Source of the DNA: Promethearchaeota archaeon
GTDB lineage: Archaea > Asgardarchaeota > Lokiarchaeia > Sigyniarchaeales > Promethearchaeaceae
Direction of reading: 5' to 3'
Length of the DNA: 32,000 nt
Assembly: GCA_016933055.1 (NCBI GenBank)
Contig: JAFGBS010000001.1
Span: forward strand, 180,001-212,000
Shown here: positions 7,748 through 17,368 of the stretch, one piece after another
Layout of the letters: each line of letters begins with the position of its first letter
Numbering within the stretch: position 1 is the stretch's first letter
Made by a program: the position numbers and the translations under genes
Notes under the pieces: generated by a model
Database searches by the model: none
What the model was told of the DNA's origin: nothing
Seen by the model: only the letters and a program-made list of their open reading frames with translations

Positions 7748-8848
7748 ATGGATTTCCTAGAATCAGTATCCGAGGAACAAGCTAAAATCGATTTATTTCT
7801 CAGGCGCTTTTTTAACAAACTCGTGAATAAGGAGGATAATTTCCTTCTTAAAGATTTTTATGGGAGATTACGAGACTTTGTCCTTTCGACGGGTTTAGCG
7901 AAAAGAATACGACCTTTAGTCTTAATTAAAACCTTCACGGGCATCGCACTGGATAATAAAATTGAGAAGTATTTGGATGATATCTATGAACTATCAATTG
8001 CTGTAGAATTACTCCATAATGCATCAATTATTCATGATGATGTAGTGGATCAAGATCAATTTCGGAGAGGAAAACCGACTTTTCATCGATTATATGCTGA
8101 AATGTTCAAAAACTTCAATGAGAACCATTATGGGGATTTCAAATGGTTTGGAAACGCTATCGCTATCCATGGAGGGGATGCTTGTGCGTTTTTAGGTCAA
8201 AACCTCATTGTGGAGTCCAAATTTGGAGCAACAAAAAAGTTTGCCGCATTATGGGACTATACTGAGGGCATGAATGGTATTGCTCATGGAAAGATCATTG
8301 AACAGTATGGACAAATGAAATCTTTAGATAATATCACTCTGGAGGATTATTTAACCGTCTCAGAATGGAAGACATCCAAACAGTTTGAGACGTCTGCATC
8401 GATTGGAGCCGCACTAGCGAATTCAAGATTAAGTCAGCTAAAACCTTTGAAGCAAGCTATGAAATATATTGGTCTTGCCTACCAAATCCAAAATGATATT
8501 AATGATTCCTTTGGCAATCCTGAACTGAAATCAATTGATACGGATATAAAAGAACGCAGACGCACTATTTTACTGATTACCGCATACCATAATGCTGAAA
8601 AGACCCAGAAAAAACAAATAAACAGGATTCTTAATTCTGAGGAGCAATTAACCAAAGAACAAGTGGACTTTATCCGTTCGATAATTAAAAGTACGGGTTC
8701 ATTGGAATTTGCCAAACTCTATTCCAAGAACATGATCCAGCATGCACAACAAGAATTGGATAAAATTTACCCGGGATTGTCAGAAAATACAACCGAATTC
8801 TTCCAAAATTTGTTGGAATTCATTCCTAATAGATATACCACAATATGA
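7748..8848 (+). CDS. Trans-polyprenyl diphosphate synthase family protein with a degenerate second Asp-rich motif
   Basis: KRIRP; ELLHNASIIHDDVVDQDQFRRGKPT (first Asp-rich motif intact); WKT; YQIQNDIND at the second motif. Confidence 0.88.
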   Translation: MDFLESVSEEQAKIDLFLRRFFNKLVNKEDNFLLKDFYGRLRDFVLSTGLAKRIRPLVLIKTFTGIALDNKIEKYLDDIYELSIAVELLHNASIIHDDVVDQDQFRRGKPTFHRLYAEMFKNFNENHYGDFKWFGNAIAIHGGDACAFLGQNLIVESKFGATKKFAALWDYTEGMNGIAHGKIIEQYGQMKSLDNITLEDYLTVSEWKTSKQFETSASIGAALANSRLSQLKPLKQAMKYIGLAYQIQNDINDSFGNPELKSIDTDIKERRRTILLITAYHNAEKTQKKQINRILNSEEQLTKEQVDFIRSIIKSTGSLEFAKLYSKNMIQHAQQELDKIYPGLSENTTEFFQNLLEFIPNRYTTI

Positions 8849-8883
8849 GATGCAAAAGGAAAGGTCCCTTCAACTACGAAGAT

Positions 8884-9351
8884 TTAAAACATCGAACTGA
8901 ATCGATCTTCACTTTTTAAAATTAAATCTTTGAAGATTTTGTCAAATCTACCCGTAAATTTCATAAAATATTTTGAATCCTTGGTTAGAATATCATTCAC
9001 ACTGTATCGATTTAAGAATTGATCTAAAGCTTTTTGCATGCAAACCTTTACTGCTCGTTCGTTCGTATCTTTTTCGATGATTGTGAAGATCATAAGTGTA
9101 TGGGATTTTACTGATTCTTCCGGAATTACGGGGATTTCCAAAATTTTCGAAATTGCCACAAGGGTATAGGAACTGAGAGTAAATGATTCTAATGTAGAAT
9201 TGAATGCATCGTGTGCAAATCCATCAACTGCAGCCAGTAATCCCGCTCTGAGTTGATTATCCAGAGCATTACTTGCGTCATAATATTTCTTCTCGATCAA
9301 AATATTACCATCTACGAGTATACCCGTTTCGTAAATTGCGATTTTTATCAC
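8884..9351 (-). CDS. Longin-like domain protein (Asgard type)
   Basis: Two N-terminal beta strands, helix DNQLRAGLLAAVDGFAHDAF (D-x2-L-x2-G-L-L-x-A-x3-F pattern), three strands, then helices; GTG start. Confidence 0.6.
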   Translation of the reverse strand: MIKIAIYETGILVDGNILIEKKYYDASNALDNQLRAGLLAAVDGFAHDAFNSTLESFTLSSYTLVAISKILEIPVIPEESVKSHTLMIFTIIEKDTNERAVKVCMQKALDQFLNRYSVNDILTKDSKYFMKFTGRFDKIFKDLILKSEDRFSSMF

Positions 9352-9543
9352 CGGTTCATTATCGTCAGTTCACAAGTGTGTACCTATAGATCTCAAGTGT
9401 AATTCTTTCTTATATAACTACTCATTAATACAAAATCCAGAATTTTATTGGAAAATATGTAATAAACGATCGAAAAGCTACGATTAAATGGTTCCAACCA
9501 CCTATTATGAGTAGTTAACACCGTTCATTGACGGAATTACTTC

Positions 9544-9568
9544 CTTTATAAAGAATAAGCTTTATAAG
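9544..9568. promoter_or_regulatory. Paired TATA-like boxes between divergent genes
   Basis: CTTTATAAAG (a palindrome, 9544-9553) and CTTTATAAG (9560-9568) lie between the longin-like gene (-) and the hydrolase gene (+). Confidence 0.4.
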
Positions 9569-9653
9569 GGAGCACAATCTTTTTGAGAGTTCCTTAATTA
9601 GTGCAACCAACATACAAAAACCGGAAAGGAGAAAGCCCGAGGTTACCATTCAT

Positions 9654-10481
9654 ATGCCCTACTATAAAAACAAAAACAATCTAAATTTGTTTTATGAAAT
9701 TTTCAATGGGCATCACAATGGCAAGACTCCCATATTGATGTTGCATGGTTTTGGGAGCAGTGCGGGATTTTTCCAAGAGCAATTACATGTATTAAAATCT
9801 AAACACAAAGTTGTAGTTTTCGACGCAGAGGGACACGGAAAAAGTGAGAAAAATCCCCAAGAAAAACTAGACACTCACTTGATAAGGGATAGTATCGTTG
9901 ATATCCAAGAATTACTCTATATCTTACGATTAGATGAACCCATTGTTATTATTGGTCATAGTTTAGTGGGTGGAGGCATTGCTCAGCAATTTGCTCTAGA
10001 TTTTCCAGAACAAGTCAAAAGCCTTATACTACTAAATTCAGGTAAATTTTTAATTGATAATACTATTCGGAATATTTTCTGGAACTTATTACCTCAACTT
10101 GTGCGCATGGAATTTAACGAGTTGATTCTTGACAATATAGAGATTCTTTTGGATAAAACAATCCCCTTCATCCGAGGTGCATTGATGGGTGATGAAGATT
10201 ATACCGATTTTGTCTACGATCGATTAGACGGGATGGTTGAAACCGAAATCTTTGATATGATCCAACATCCCTTAGATCCCTCAAAAATTCGATGCCCAAC
10301 ACTAGTTATTGGTGCAGAATTAGATAATTATGCACCACTCTGGATGTCCAAGGATTTAGCAGAAACAATACCTGATTCCCGCTACTCTGTTGTTCCAATG
10401 TGTGGTCATTTTGGTCCAAATCATCGTCCGGAAGAATATAATAAATTAATTTTAGATTTTCTTGAAGAAATGAATGTCTAA
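9654..10481 (+). CDS. Alpha/beta hydrolase fold protein
   Basis: LHGFG oxyanion loop, FDAEGHGKS, GHSLVGGG nucleophile elbow, GAELD acid, CGHF catalytic His. Purine-rich GGAAAGGAG upstream. Confidence 0.9.
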   Translation: MPYYKNKNNLNLFYEIFNGHHNGKTPILMLHGFGSSAGFFQEQLHVLKSKHKVVVFDAEGHGKSEKNPQEKLDTHLIRDSIVDIQELLYILRLDEPIVIIGHSLVGGGIAQQFALDFPEQVKSLILLNSGKFLIDNTIRNIFWNLLPQLVRMEFNELILDNIEILLDKTIPFIRGALMGDEDYTDFVYDRLDGMVETEIFDMIQHPLDPSKIRCPTLVIGAELDNYAPLWMSKDLAETIPDSRYSVVPMCGHFGPNHRPEEYNKLILDFLEEMNV

Positions 10482-10570
10482 AATTGAATAAATTCCGTTA
10501 AGATCAGGTTTTTTGTTTTGACAACCACTTAATAGTTGCGTTTTTTCACATCTTTTGATTTTTTTCTTCT

Positions 10571-10924
10571 ATGAATGATTTCTCTACACCTTTGTCTGAA
10601 TTAAAAAAAGAAATGGAAACCTTTGTAAAGGAAAGAAATTGGTTTGATTATCATCATCCTAAGGAACTTGCTATTGCTTTATCCATTGAGTCGAATGAGT
10701 TACTCGAACTTTTCTTGTTTAAAAATCGAAAAGTGGAGGATATAAAACAAAATACAGAACTAATGCATAGTATCTCTGAAGAGCTCGCAGATATTTTTGC
10801 GTATCTATTGTCTATGATAAACACGTTAAAATTAGATTTAACCACCATTTTTCTTAAAAAAATGGACAAGAATCGATCAAAATACCCGACAACCGAATTT
10901 AATGGAAATTATACAAAAAAATAA
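10571..10924 (+). CDS. MazG-like nucleotide pyrophosphohydrolase (DCTPP1/RS21-C6-like)
   Basis: ERNWFDYHHPKELAIALSIESNELLELF, EELADIFAYLL and KMDKNRSKYP match the family. Confidence 0.88.
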   Translation: MNDFSTPLSELKKEMETFVKERNWFDYHHPKELAIALSIESNELLELFLFKNRKVEDIKQNTELMHSISEELADIFAYLLSMINTLKLDLTTIFLKKMDKNRSKYPTTEFNGNYTKK

Positions 10925-10933
10925 GAATTTGCC

Positions 10934-12148
10934 CTATTTCCAACAAAACTGCTTTAATATTTCATAGTAGATTCTGCAGGCTTTTAATAATTCCTTGGTT
11001 TCCACATATTCTGTCTCCGTGTGTGCCTGTTCTATTCCTCCTGGACCTAAATTAATAATGGGAATTCCAAAATATCGATAGTAGATATCAGCTTCAGTAT
11101 AACCTTCCATGAATGATTGATTGGAAGCCCCAAATTTCTGACATACTTGTAGAACAAGTTTATATAATTCATTTTCTTTCCCTTGTGGAATTTGATAAGA
11201 CTCCCCTGGATGACTCATTTTCACTTCAATTTTTTCATCAGGAAACTTACGCATAACAGATCGAATCTCTTCTAAAGCGGAGTCAACCGTTTCTCCAGGA
11301 ATGGTTCGTCGATCAATCTCTAAATGCACATGGTCTGGGATTACATTGGTTTTACTCCCTCCATTGATGATTCCTATATTCATCGTTGGGGGTGTAATAT
11401 CTGAATTTGCTAAATAATTTCTCGATTTAAGGATCCTATGGAGTTTTTTTAATTCTATAATGAATTCTGCTGCCATTTCTATCGCATTTTTTCCTAGATG
11501 AGGCACACTTGCATGAGCAGCTTTTCCGTAAAAATCCAATTCAAACCATACCACACCTTTATGGGAAATTATTGGGGATAAAGAAGTAGGTTCTCCATTT
11601 ATCCCCAAATCTATGAAAAAATCTTTATTTATTCTCTGAGTTAGAGGTGTGTCCTTTTTGGTTAGACTTATTACACCGGCGCATCCTGTTTCCTCATCCA
11701 CCGTAAAAAAAAGCACGATTCCTCTCTTGAGTTTTTTGCGTTTTAAGAGTTTATCTTGGGACTGATTGTGTTCTGTGAGAAAATTTTTCACTGCAGTTAA
11801 TATCGCAGCAATCCCTCCTTTCATATCAGTACTCCCTCGACCATATAGTTTTCCCTCCTTCACAAACCCCTCATTTTCTTTGTATCCTGGGACTGTATCC
11901 ATATGCCCAGAGAATGCGATATAGCGATCGATAGGGTAACTTTCAAAATTTGGATAAATCGCAATTATATTATTGCGTTTATGTCTATATGGAACAAGCT
12001 CAAGAAAAAAACCAAGTTCTTCTAAATAGTTCCATAGGAATCTCTCCATTTCATGTTCGGTTTGGATCGCTTCCGAATTAATTCTGACTAATCTTTGAGT
12101 TAGATCAATTACAGATTCGAATTTATCTTTCTTTTCCGTTTCTCCCAT
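10934..12148 (-). CDS. M20 family metallopeptidase/deacylase (ArgE/DapE-like)
   Basis: Metal ligands in SGHMDTVP, GRGSTDMKGG, VDEETG, NGEPT and QAHTETE; dimerisation domain GKAAHAS...INGGSKTNVIPD. Confidence 0.9.
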   Translation of the reverse strand: MGETEKKDKFESVIDLTQRLVRINSEAIQTEHEMERFLWNYLEELGFFLELVPYRHKRNNIIAIYPNFESYPIDRYIAFSGHMDTVPGYKENEGFVKEGKLYGRGSTDMKGGIAAILTAVKNFLTEHNQSQDKLLKRKKLKRGIVLFFTVDEETGCAGVISLTKKDTPLTQRINKDFFIDLGINGEPTSLSPIISHKGVVWFELDFYGKAAHASVPHLGKNAIEMAAEFIIELKKLHRILKSRNYLANSDITPPTMNIGIINGGSKTNVIPDHVHLEIDRRTIPGETVDSALEEIRSVMRKFPDEKIEVKMSHPGESYQIPQGKENELYKLVLQVCQKFGASNQSFMEGYTEADIYYRYFGIPIINLGPGGIEQAHTETEYVETKELLKACRIYYEILKQFCWK

Positions 12149-12161
12149 TAGGATTCAACTT

Positions 12162-13391
12162 TTAAAATTTTAACGTGATCCGAATCTCGATATCTTGATT
12201 AACGTATTGTTTTATTTTTTCTTGGATTTCATCCCTATCATTTTTTAATTTCTCAAGAAGATGTCGATATTCGGTAGTTTTATGATTTGCATCCGCTTTC
12301 AGATGCTCTAATTCTTGAGTTTTAATTGAATATAAACCCTTCAATTCGGATAATCGTTCATTTAAGGTTTGCTGCTGGGGGTTTCTATTAATTTCTTCCA
12401 ATTGGACTTGAATTTCTTTGTATTCTTTGATGATTGGTTTTAATACTTCTTTTGATACTATTTGATCGATATTTTCAAGTAATTTCTGTTTAGCATCTGA
12501 TTTTAGATTTAAACTACCGCTTTCCAACATATAACGCAATTGAATCAAAAATTCGGTGAGATTTGGGTGATTCCCACTCTCGCTAGTAATTGCACTATAG
12601 GGATCACTAATGTACTTTTTTACCATTTCCGAGGTGATACCCCGAGTGGATCCGGAATTTTCTACTTTTTTTTTTAATTTCTTGAGAGCTTTTCTAAATT
12701 TAAGCTTATTATCAAATTCAATACGAAGATTAAATAGCTTTTTTTCTAGTTCTGCTTGTTTTTGGAACAGTTCATTGTTCTCGATATCAATTATCTGTTG
12801 CTCTAAACCTTCCAATTCATGTTCTAAATTATCGACATCTTGATTGAAATTATCTACAGTAGATTTTGTGTTTATAATACGTTCGACTGTGTTGGCTAAC
12901 TTAGGGAATTGTTTTACCAGATTTTCTGCTTCTTTAGGTTCTTCATACTTCTTACGTATAAAGGTATCGATACGCATATAATGCTCACTTATCTTCCTGG
13001 TGATGAAATCAATTTCTTTTAATTCTAATTGGAATTCTTTAGCAAATCTGGGGATATTTTTTCGTCCCAATTCATTCATATTGATGAATAAACGCTTAAT
13101 TTCATCTATTAGATTATAAACCTCTTCAGCAGTAGGGTTTTCCGGGACGGTAATTATATCTAAGTTTTCCTTCACTTTTGTATAGAATCTATCCACATAA
13201 CGAATTGATTGCTCATCTAATTCAATATTCTCTTTTCTTTCACGCATTTTATCTACTGCACTTTTAAGGTCTACAATATATTTCTCTAACCGTTCGACGA
13301 ATCTTTTTAGAAATTTCTTTGGTTTCATATAAACTTCATTCAATTGCTCTGTATAAAATTGTTCTAAGTTTTCAAGAGGAATTTCAGTCAT
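12162..13391 (-). CDS. Hypothetical long coiled-coil protein
   Basis: 409 aa, E/K/L-rich heptad segments, no NTPase motif; 13 nt upstream of the M20 gene. Confidence 0.75.
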   Translation of the reverse strand: MTEIPLENLEQFYTEQLNEVYMKPKKFLKRFVERLEKYIVDLKSAVDKMRERKENIELDEQSIRYVDRFYTKVKENLDIITVPENPTAEEVYNLIDEIKRLFINMNELGRKNIPRFAKEFQLELKEIDFITRKISEHYMRIDTFIRKKYEEPKEAENLVKQFPKLANTVERIINTKSTVDNFNQDVDNLEHELEGLEQQIIDIENNELFQKQAELEKKLFNLRIEFDNKLKFRKALKKLKKKVENSGSTRGITSEMVKKYISDPYSAITSESGNHPNLTEFLIQLRYMLESGSLNLKSDAKQKLLENIDQIVSKEVLKPIIKEYKEIQVQLEEINRNPQQQTLNERLSELKGLYSIKTQELEHLKADANHKTTEYRHLLEKLKNDRDEIQEKIKQYVNQDIEIRITLKF

Positions 13392-13468
13392 TTTTGATCC
13401 GATCCGCTACCACGTGAAAGATAACGCAATATCACATAAAAATACTCCAAAGGGAATAAAAAGATTGC

Positions 13469-15208
13469 TTAATCGAGTAATATTTCAGGAAAATTTCTTT
13501 TAATAAATTCTTGTAGTTTTTTAATGTTTAATCCAAGATATCCTTTATTTTCAGCGTCCCCTTTGAAAATGAATGTTTTATCTTTGCTGGTTTTTATGGT
13601 TATCCCCTTTGTAAGAAAGTGATTTATGGAGGGGAGTTCCTCGATAAGGCTACCTTGTGAGGAAGGTTCTTGTTTCGCTTCTTCCTTCCTTATCTCGTCA
13701 TTTTCCAGTATTTCAGTTCTTGATAGTTCGGTAATTATTCCCGCAAGCTTTTCTAAGGAAGGTAAACTTTGCTTAAATCTATTCATCTCAGCAATACTTT
13801 GGAGATTCTGTAATGAGAATAATTCCGTCAGTATTTTTAGCTTTATTATAACTATAAGAGGGAATTCCAAATTTGTATTTGCCGTGATTGTTTCTTCCAA
13901 TTCCCCAATTGCTGTAGTAGTTTTTTTGTTATCGAATATTATTTTATATTTTTTCGTATCGAGTTGTTTGTGGATTAAATTTCCCTTGTCTGAGACTCCA
14001 AGGTAAAATAATGAGTTCAATTCTCTCTTACCTTTTGGATTAACAACAAGAGTCGCTACCAAAATTCGTTCATAATACTTTACTATGGATTTTATGGTAT
14101 CATTAAGATGTAATAAGAGTTTATCAGCATCAATTCCAATTTCTGATAATAAACGCGTGAAAATAGATTCGGGATATGTACCGAATAGATTTGATAACTG
14201 TATAATATCTAAGAGGGCACTTAAAATAGTGTATTCGGGATCATTGAAGTTCATTAAAAATTGGTAAAATTGATCTATTTCTATAGTTAATGTGTTGGTT
14301 TTTGTCCTTGTGTATAAAATTCTGGCAAGTTCGGTAATGCTTTTACTTTCGATGTTAGTTAATTGTTCCTTAATAAACTCAAGGGGAACCGGATTGACAT
14401 GAATAATCCCATTTTCTATAATAATTCTCCCGATGCTAATGGGTTTTTTGTTTTTACTCACTAAAAGGAGATTCATGGTTAAACCCTCCATCATCTGAGT
14501 AAAAAAATCGAAAATTTGATTGACATTCACGCCCATCCACTCGCTGGCAAATTTTATAAACATGTTGATCAGAGGATTATTTCTATTTGCCTTACTTGAT
14601 AGTTCAATAACTGGCATTTTTTTCATTTCTTGCCCTAATCCCTTTCTAAGCAATCCTATAAAATCCTTAAAATATCGCACAACGTCTGAATTAATATAAT
14701 CTATGGTGTCTTGAACTCCTAAATGGGCAATGTGCTCAGGTAAAATGAATAGTAAACCTAAATCAAAATTAAATTCTTTCTGAGCAAAATTTTGGACGAA
14801 TTTAAATGCACGCACGTCAAAATTGGCAATAAGTTCTTTTAATTCCTTATAATATTTCTTATTTTTACGATCCAGAGAAATAACCTTAAAGTCAAACCGT
14901 GGTTGTCCCGTTCCAATTTCTTCTTTACCAGTTTCTATAAATTTGAATAAAAAGCATTCAAAAATTTCAGAATAATCTCGATTAGTAATCACAAAACCCA
15001 TATTATCAAATAACTTAAGGCGGTATAGTTCTTTCAAAAGGAAATAGAATTGATTTAAATCCCAAATAAATGGAAAAAACGGAATTCGAATTTTGTGATT
15101 CTTTTCTTCATCTAATGGTTCTTCAGATATTTTGTTCAATTGTGAAACTAAAGTTCGGAAAAATTGCTCTACAGAGCCTTTTTTATACGATGTACGAACG
15201 ATCGACAT
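13469..15208 (-). CDS. Hypothetical protein (579 aa) with apparent threefold internal repeat
   Basis: Long ORF with AGGAG upstream of the ATG; no recognised family. Confidence 0.75.
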   Translation of the reverse strand: MSIVRTSYKKGSVEQFFRTLVSQLNKISEEPLDEEKNHKIRIPFFPFIWDLNQFYFLLKELYRLKLFDNMGFVITNRDYSEIFECFLFKFIETGKEEIGTGQPRFDFKVISLDRKNKKYYKELKELIANFDVRAFKFVQNFAQKEFNFDLGLLFILPEHIAHLGVQDTIDYINSDVVRYFKDFIGLLRKGLGQEMKKMPVIELSSKANRNNPLINMFIKFASEWMGVNVNQIFDFFTQMMEGLTMNLLLVSKNKKPISIGRIIIENGIIHVNPVPLEFIKEQLTNIESKSITELARILYTRTKTNTLTIEIDQFYQFLMNFNDPEYTILSALLDIIQLSNLFGTYPESIFTRLLSEIGIDADKLLLHLNDTIKSIVKYYERILVATLVVNPKGKRELNSLFYLGVSDKGNLIHKQLDTKKYKIIFDNKKTTTAIGELEETITANTNLEFPLIVIIKLKILTELFSLQNLQSIAEMNRFKQSLPSLEKLAGIITELSRTEILENDEIRKEEAKQEPSSQGSLIEELPSINHFLTKGITIKTSKDKTFIFKGDAENKGYLGLNIKKLQEFIKRNFPEILLD

Positions 15209-15404
15209 AATTATCTCCTTTCAATATTCCATCACAAATCAAAGATAACAAAGTAGATTGGTTAGTATATTTAACATTTTTTGCATTTATTTAGGTTTAT
15301 TCATATGATATATGAACAGAAATATGTACCAAATAAAAAGTGTAATATCAATCCAATGGGGCATGTAATCGAAAGTTATAAGAACTCCTTCTACAAACAT
15401 TAGG

Positions 15405-16136
15405 ATGATAAAAATGATATTGCAAGATTACATCGCTGGTTTTTCGGCGGGGGTTATCCTCCTTACTGGATATATTACGGGAATTTTGACTATAATTAAA
15501 GGTGCTAAGCAGAAAGCATCCTTGATGGTATGGTCTGGATTGTTTTTAGTATTAATGGGTCAGTTTTACTTGGGTACCGTCGCATCATTTGTAAAACTAC
15601 TTTTAACTGGTGCTAATTTAACTCCTCAATTTCCATTGCTAGCTGCCAGATTGTGTTATACGGGTTCACCAATTGCGATTACTATTGCTATGTATGTCGG
15701 ATTTTCAATGATAAAACCCGAATGGCGTTATAATGCTACACTCTTTTATGGAGTCACTTCTGTTTTCTATTGGTTAGGAATGTTCGTTCCCCGTTATGAA
15801 AGCATCAATTTGGCGGAAGAGATTCCCATACGTTCTCTTGTACCATATAACGTTGGATTGGTGGATGTCAGTTTGGAGGGGTGGGTTTTGATCTTAACTG
15901 CCATCTACTTATTGAGTATGCTTGTATTTAACACAAGTGGATTGTTAGTGTTGGCGAAAAAATCCAGTGGATTAATACGGAAGAAAGCAATCGTTCAAAG
16001 CTTTGGGTATTTCATATTTGTAGTAATTGGTGCTGTTGACTCCTTATTCGAACTAGCCGAATGGATCTTCATCCCACGAATTATAATGGTCATAGGATAT
16101 ATTTTACTGGCGTACGGGTACCAAGCAACGAAATAA
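15405..16136 (+). CDS. Hypothetical integral membrane protein (6-7 TM)
   Basis: 243 aa with repeated hydrophobic helices, followed by a T-rich terminator-like tract. Confidence 0.7.
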   Translation: MIKMILQDYIAGFSAGVILLTGYITGILTIIKGAKQKASLMVWSGLFLVLMGQFYLGTVASFVKLLLTGANLTPQFPLLAARLCYTGSPIAITIAMYVGFSMIKPEWRYNATLFYGVTSVFYWLGMFVPRYESINLAEEIPIRSLVPYNVGLVDVSLEGWVLILTAIYLLSMLVFNTSGLLVLAKKSSGLIRKKAIVQSFGYFIFVVIGAVDSLFELAEWIFIPRIIMVIGYILLAYGYQATK

Positions 16137-16150
16137 TCCCCATTCTGATC

Positions 16151-16174
16151 TATTTTTTTCTCTTCTTTCTTTTT
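16151..16174 (+). terminator. Oligo-T archaeal terminator-like tract
   Basis: TATTTTTTTCTCTTCTTTCTTTTT starts 15 nt after the 16136 stop. Confidence 0.45.
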
Positions 16175-16262
16175 AGTTGAGGTAAATCATCGAAAAATTA
16201 AAATTGAAGCTTACATAGACAAACGAAAACTCCAAAGTACTATTAATAGTTAGTTGAATCGT

Positions 16263-16751
16263 ATGGCACTAGAAGAAAGTTATCGAAAATCCTCAGATTT
16301 CCGGCTCTTGATACGACTTATAGGGACGAGTATTGATGGAAATGCCCTTGTTGAATATGGCTTATCCCAGATTAAAGGAGTAGGCATAAGATTCTCTCAG
16401 GCCGTTGTTCGTGTGGCCGGGATTGATCCTAATCGACGAATGGGAGAACTATCAGAAGATGAATGTGATCAGTTGGAAAAGATCATAAAAAATCCCACAA
16501 ATTACGATATTCCATCGTGGATGGTAAATCGTCAAAAAGATATTCGTACAGGTGAAGATCGACATATAAGTGGTACTGATTTAGATCTTGTTCTAAAAGT
16601 GGATATCGATCGGATGAAACGCACACGATCATGGAAAGGTATGCGTCATCAGTTGGGTTTGAAAGTACGAGGTCAACGAACCAGAACAACGGGAAGGAAA
16701 GGTTTAACCGTTGGTTATTACCGAAGAAAGAAGAAGACAACCGCAAAGTGA
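16263..16751 (+). CDS. rps13: 30S ribosomal protein uS13 (archaeal)
   Basis: LSQIKGVGIRFS, IPSWMVNRQKD and WKGMRHQLGLKVRGQRTRTTGRKG. The ATG at 16263 is preferred over the TTG at 16254. Confidence 0.97.
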   Translation: MALEESYRKSSDFRLLIRLIGTSIDGNALVEYGLSQIKGVGIRFSQAVVRVAGIDPNRRMGELSEDECDQLEKIIKNPTNYDIPSWMVNRQKDIRTGEDRHISGTDLDLVLKVDIDRMKRTRSWKGMRHQLGLKVRGQRTRTTGRKGLTVGYYRRKKKTTAK

Positions 16752-16759
16752 GTAGATAA

Positions 16760-17368
16760 ATGGGAGATCCAAGAAAGCTCAGGAAGAAGTTCAAAAGACC
16801 ACGCGTACCTTTTGAAAAAGTACGAATTGACTCAGAATTACGCTATTTGGGAGAATATGGTTTACGCAATAAACGAGAATTAAGTAAACACCGATTTCAA
16901 TTAAGCAAATTCCGTAGAATGGCGCGTGATCTAAAAACTATGCCAGAAGATGTCCAAAAAATCATGTATAATGAATTATTATCCAAATTACATGGTATAG
17001 CATTAGTAGATTCAGATGCAACTACCGATGATGTATTAAGTCTTTCAGTTGAAAATATATTGGATCGACGCTTGCAAACCATGGTATTCAAAAAAGGATT
17101 AGCACGTAGTATTTATCAAGCACGACAATTGATTGCTCATAAGCATATTGCGATTCAAGATAAGGTGATTTCCAGTCCTTCCTATTTAGTAAAAGCAGAT
17201 GAGGAGGAACATCTGAAATTTCATAATTATAGCCCGTTTAGTGGCAAAAAAGAGAAAATTTTTGGGGAAAAGATTCCATTAAAAGAAGAATCGACCTCCA
17301 AAGAAACCACTTCCCCTCGAAAACGATCCCGAAAAATATCTAGTAAAAAATCTACTTCTAAAAACTAA
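16760..17368 (+). CDS. rps4: 30S ribosomal protein uS4 (archaeal)
   Basis: [15 protein letters not shown] and [30 protein letters not shown]; basic Ser/Thr-rich C-terminal extension. Confidence 0.97.
   Translation: MGDPRKLRKKFKRPRVPFEKVRIDSELRYLGEYGLRNKRELSKHRFQLSKFRRMARDLKTMPEDVQKIMYNELLSKLHGIALVDSDATTDDVLSLSVENILDRRLQTMVFKKGLARSIYQARQLIAHKHIAIQDKVISSPSYLVKADEEEHLKFHNYSPFSGKKEKIFGEKIPLKEESTSKETTSPRKRSRKISSKKSTSKN

Noticed and set aside
8846-8883. Selenocysteine read-through at TGA stops (here, and also rps13 at 16751 and the GTPase at 27535)
   Set aside because: Each protein is complete at its TGA, none sits at a Cys-equivalent catalytic position, and no SECIS was recognised.
13626-14267. 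+ strand ORFs of 126 aa and 60 aa
   Set aside because: Antisense to the 579-aa gene, with Ser/Phe/Ile-rich shadow composition.
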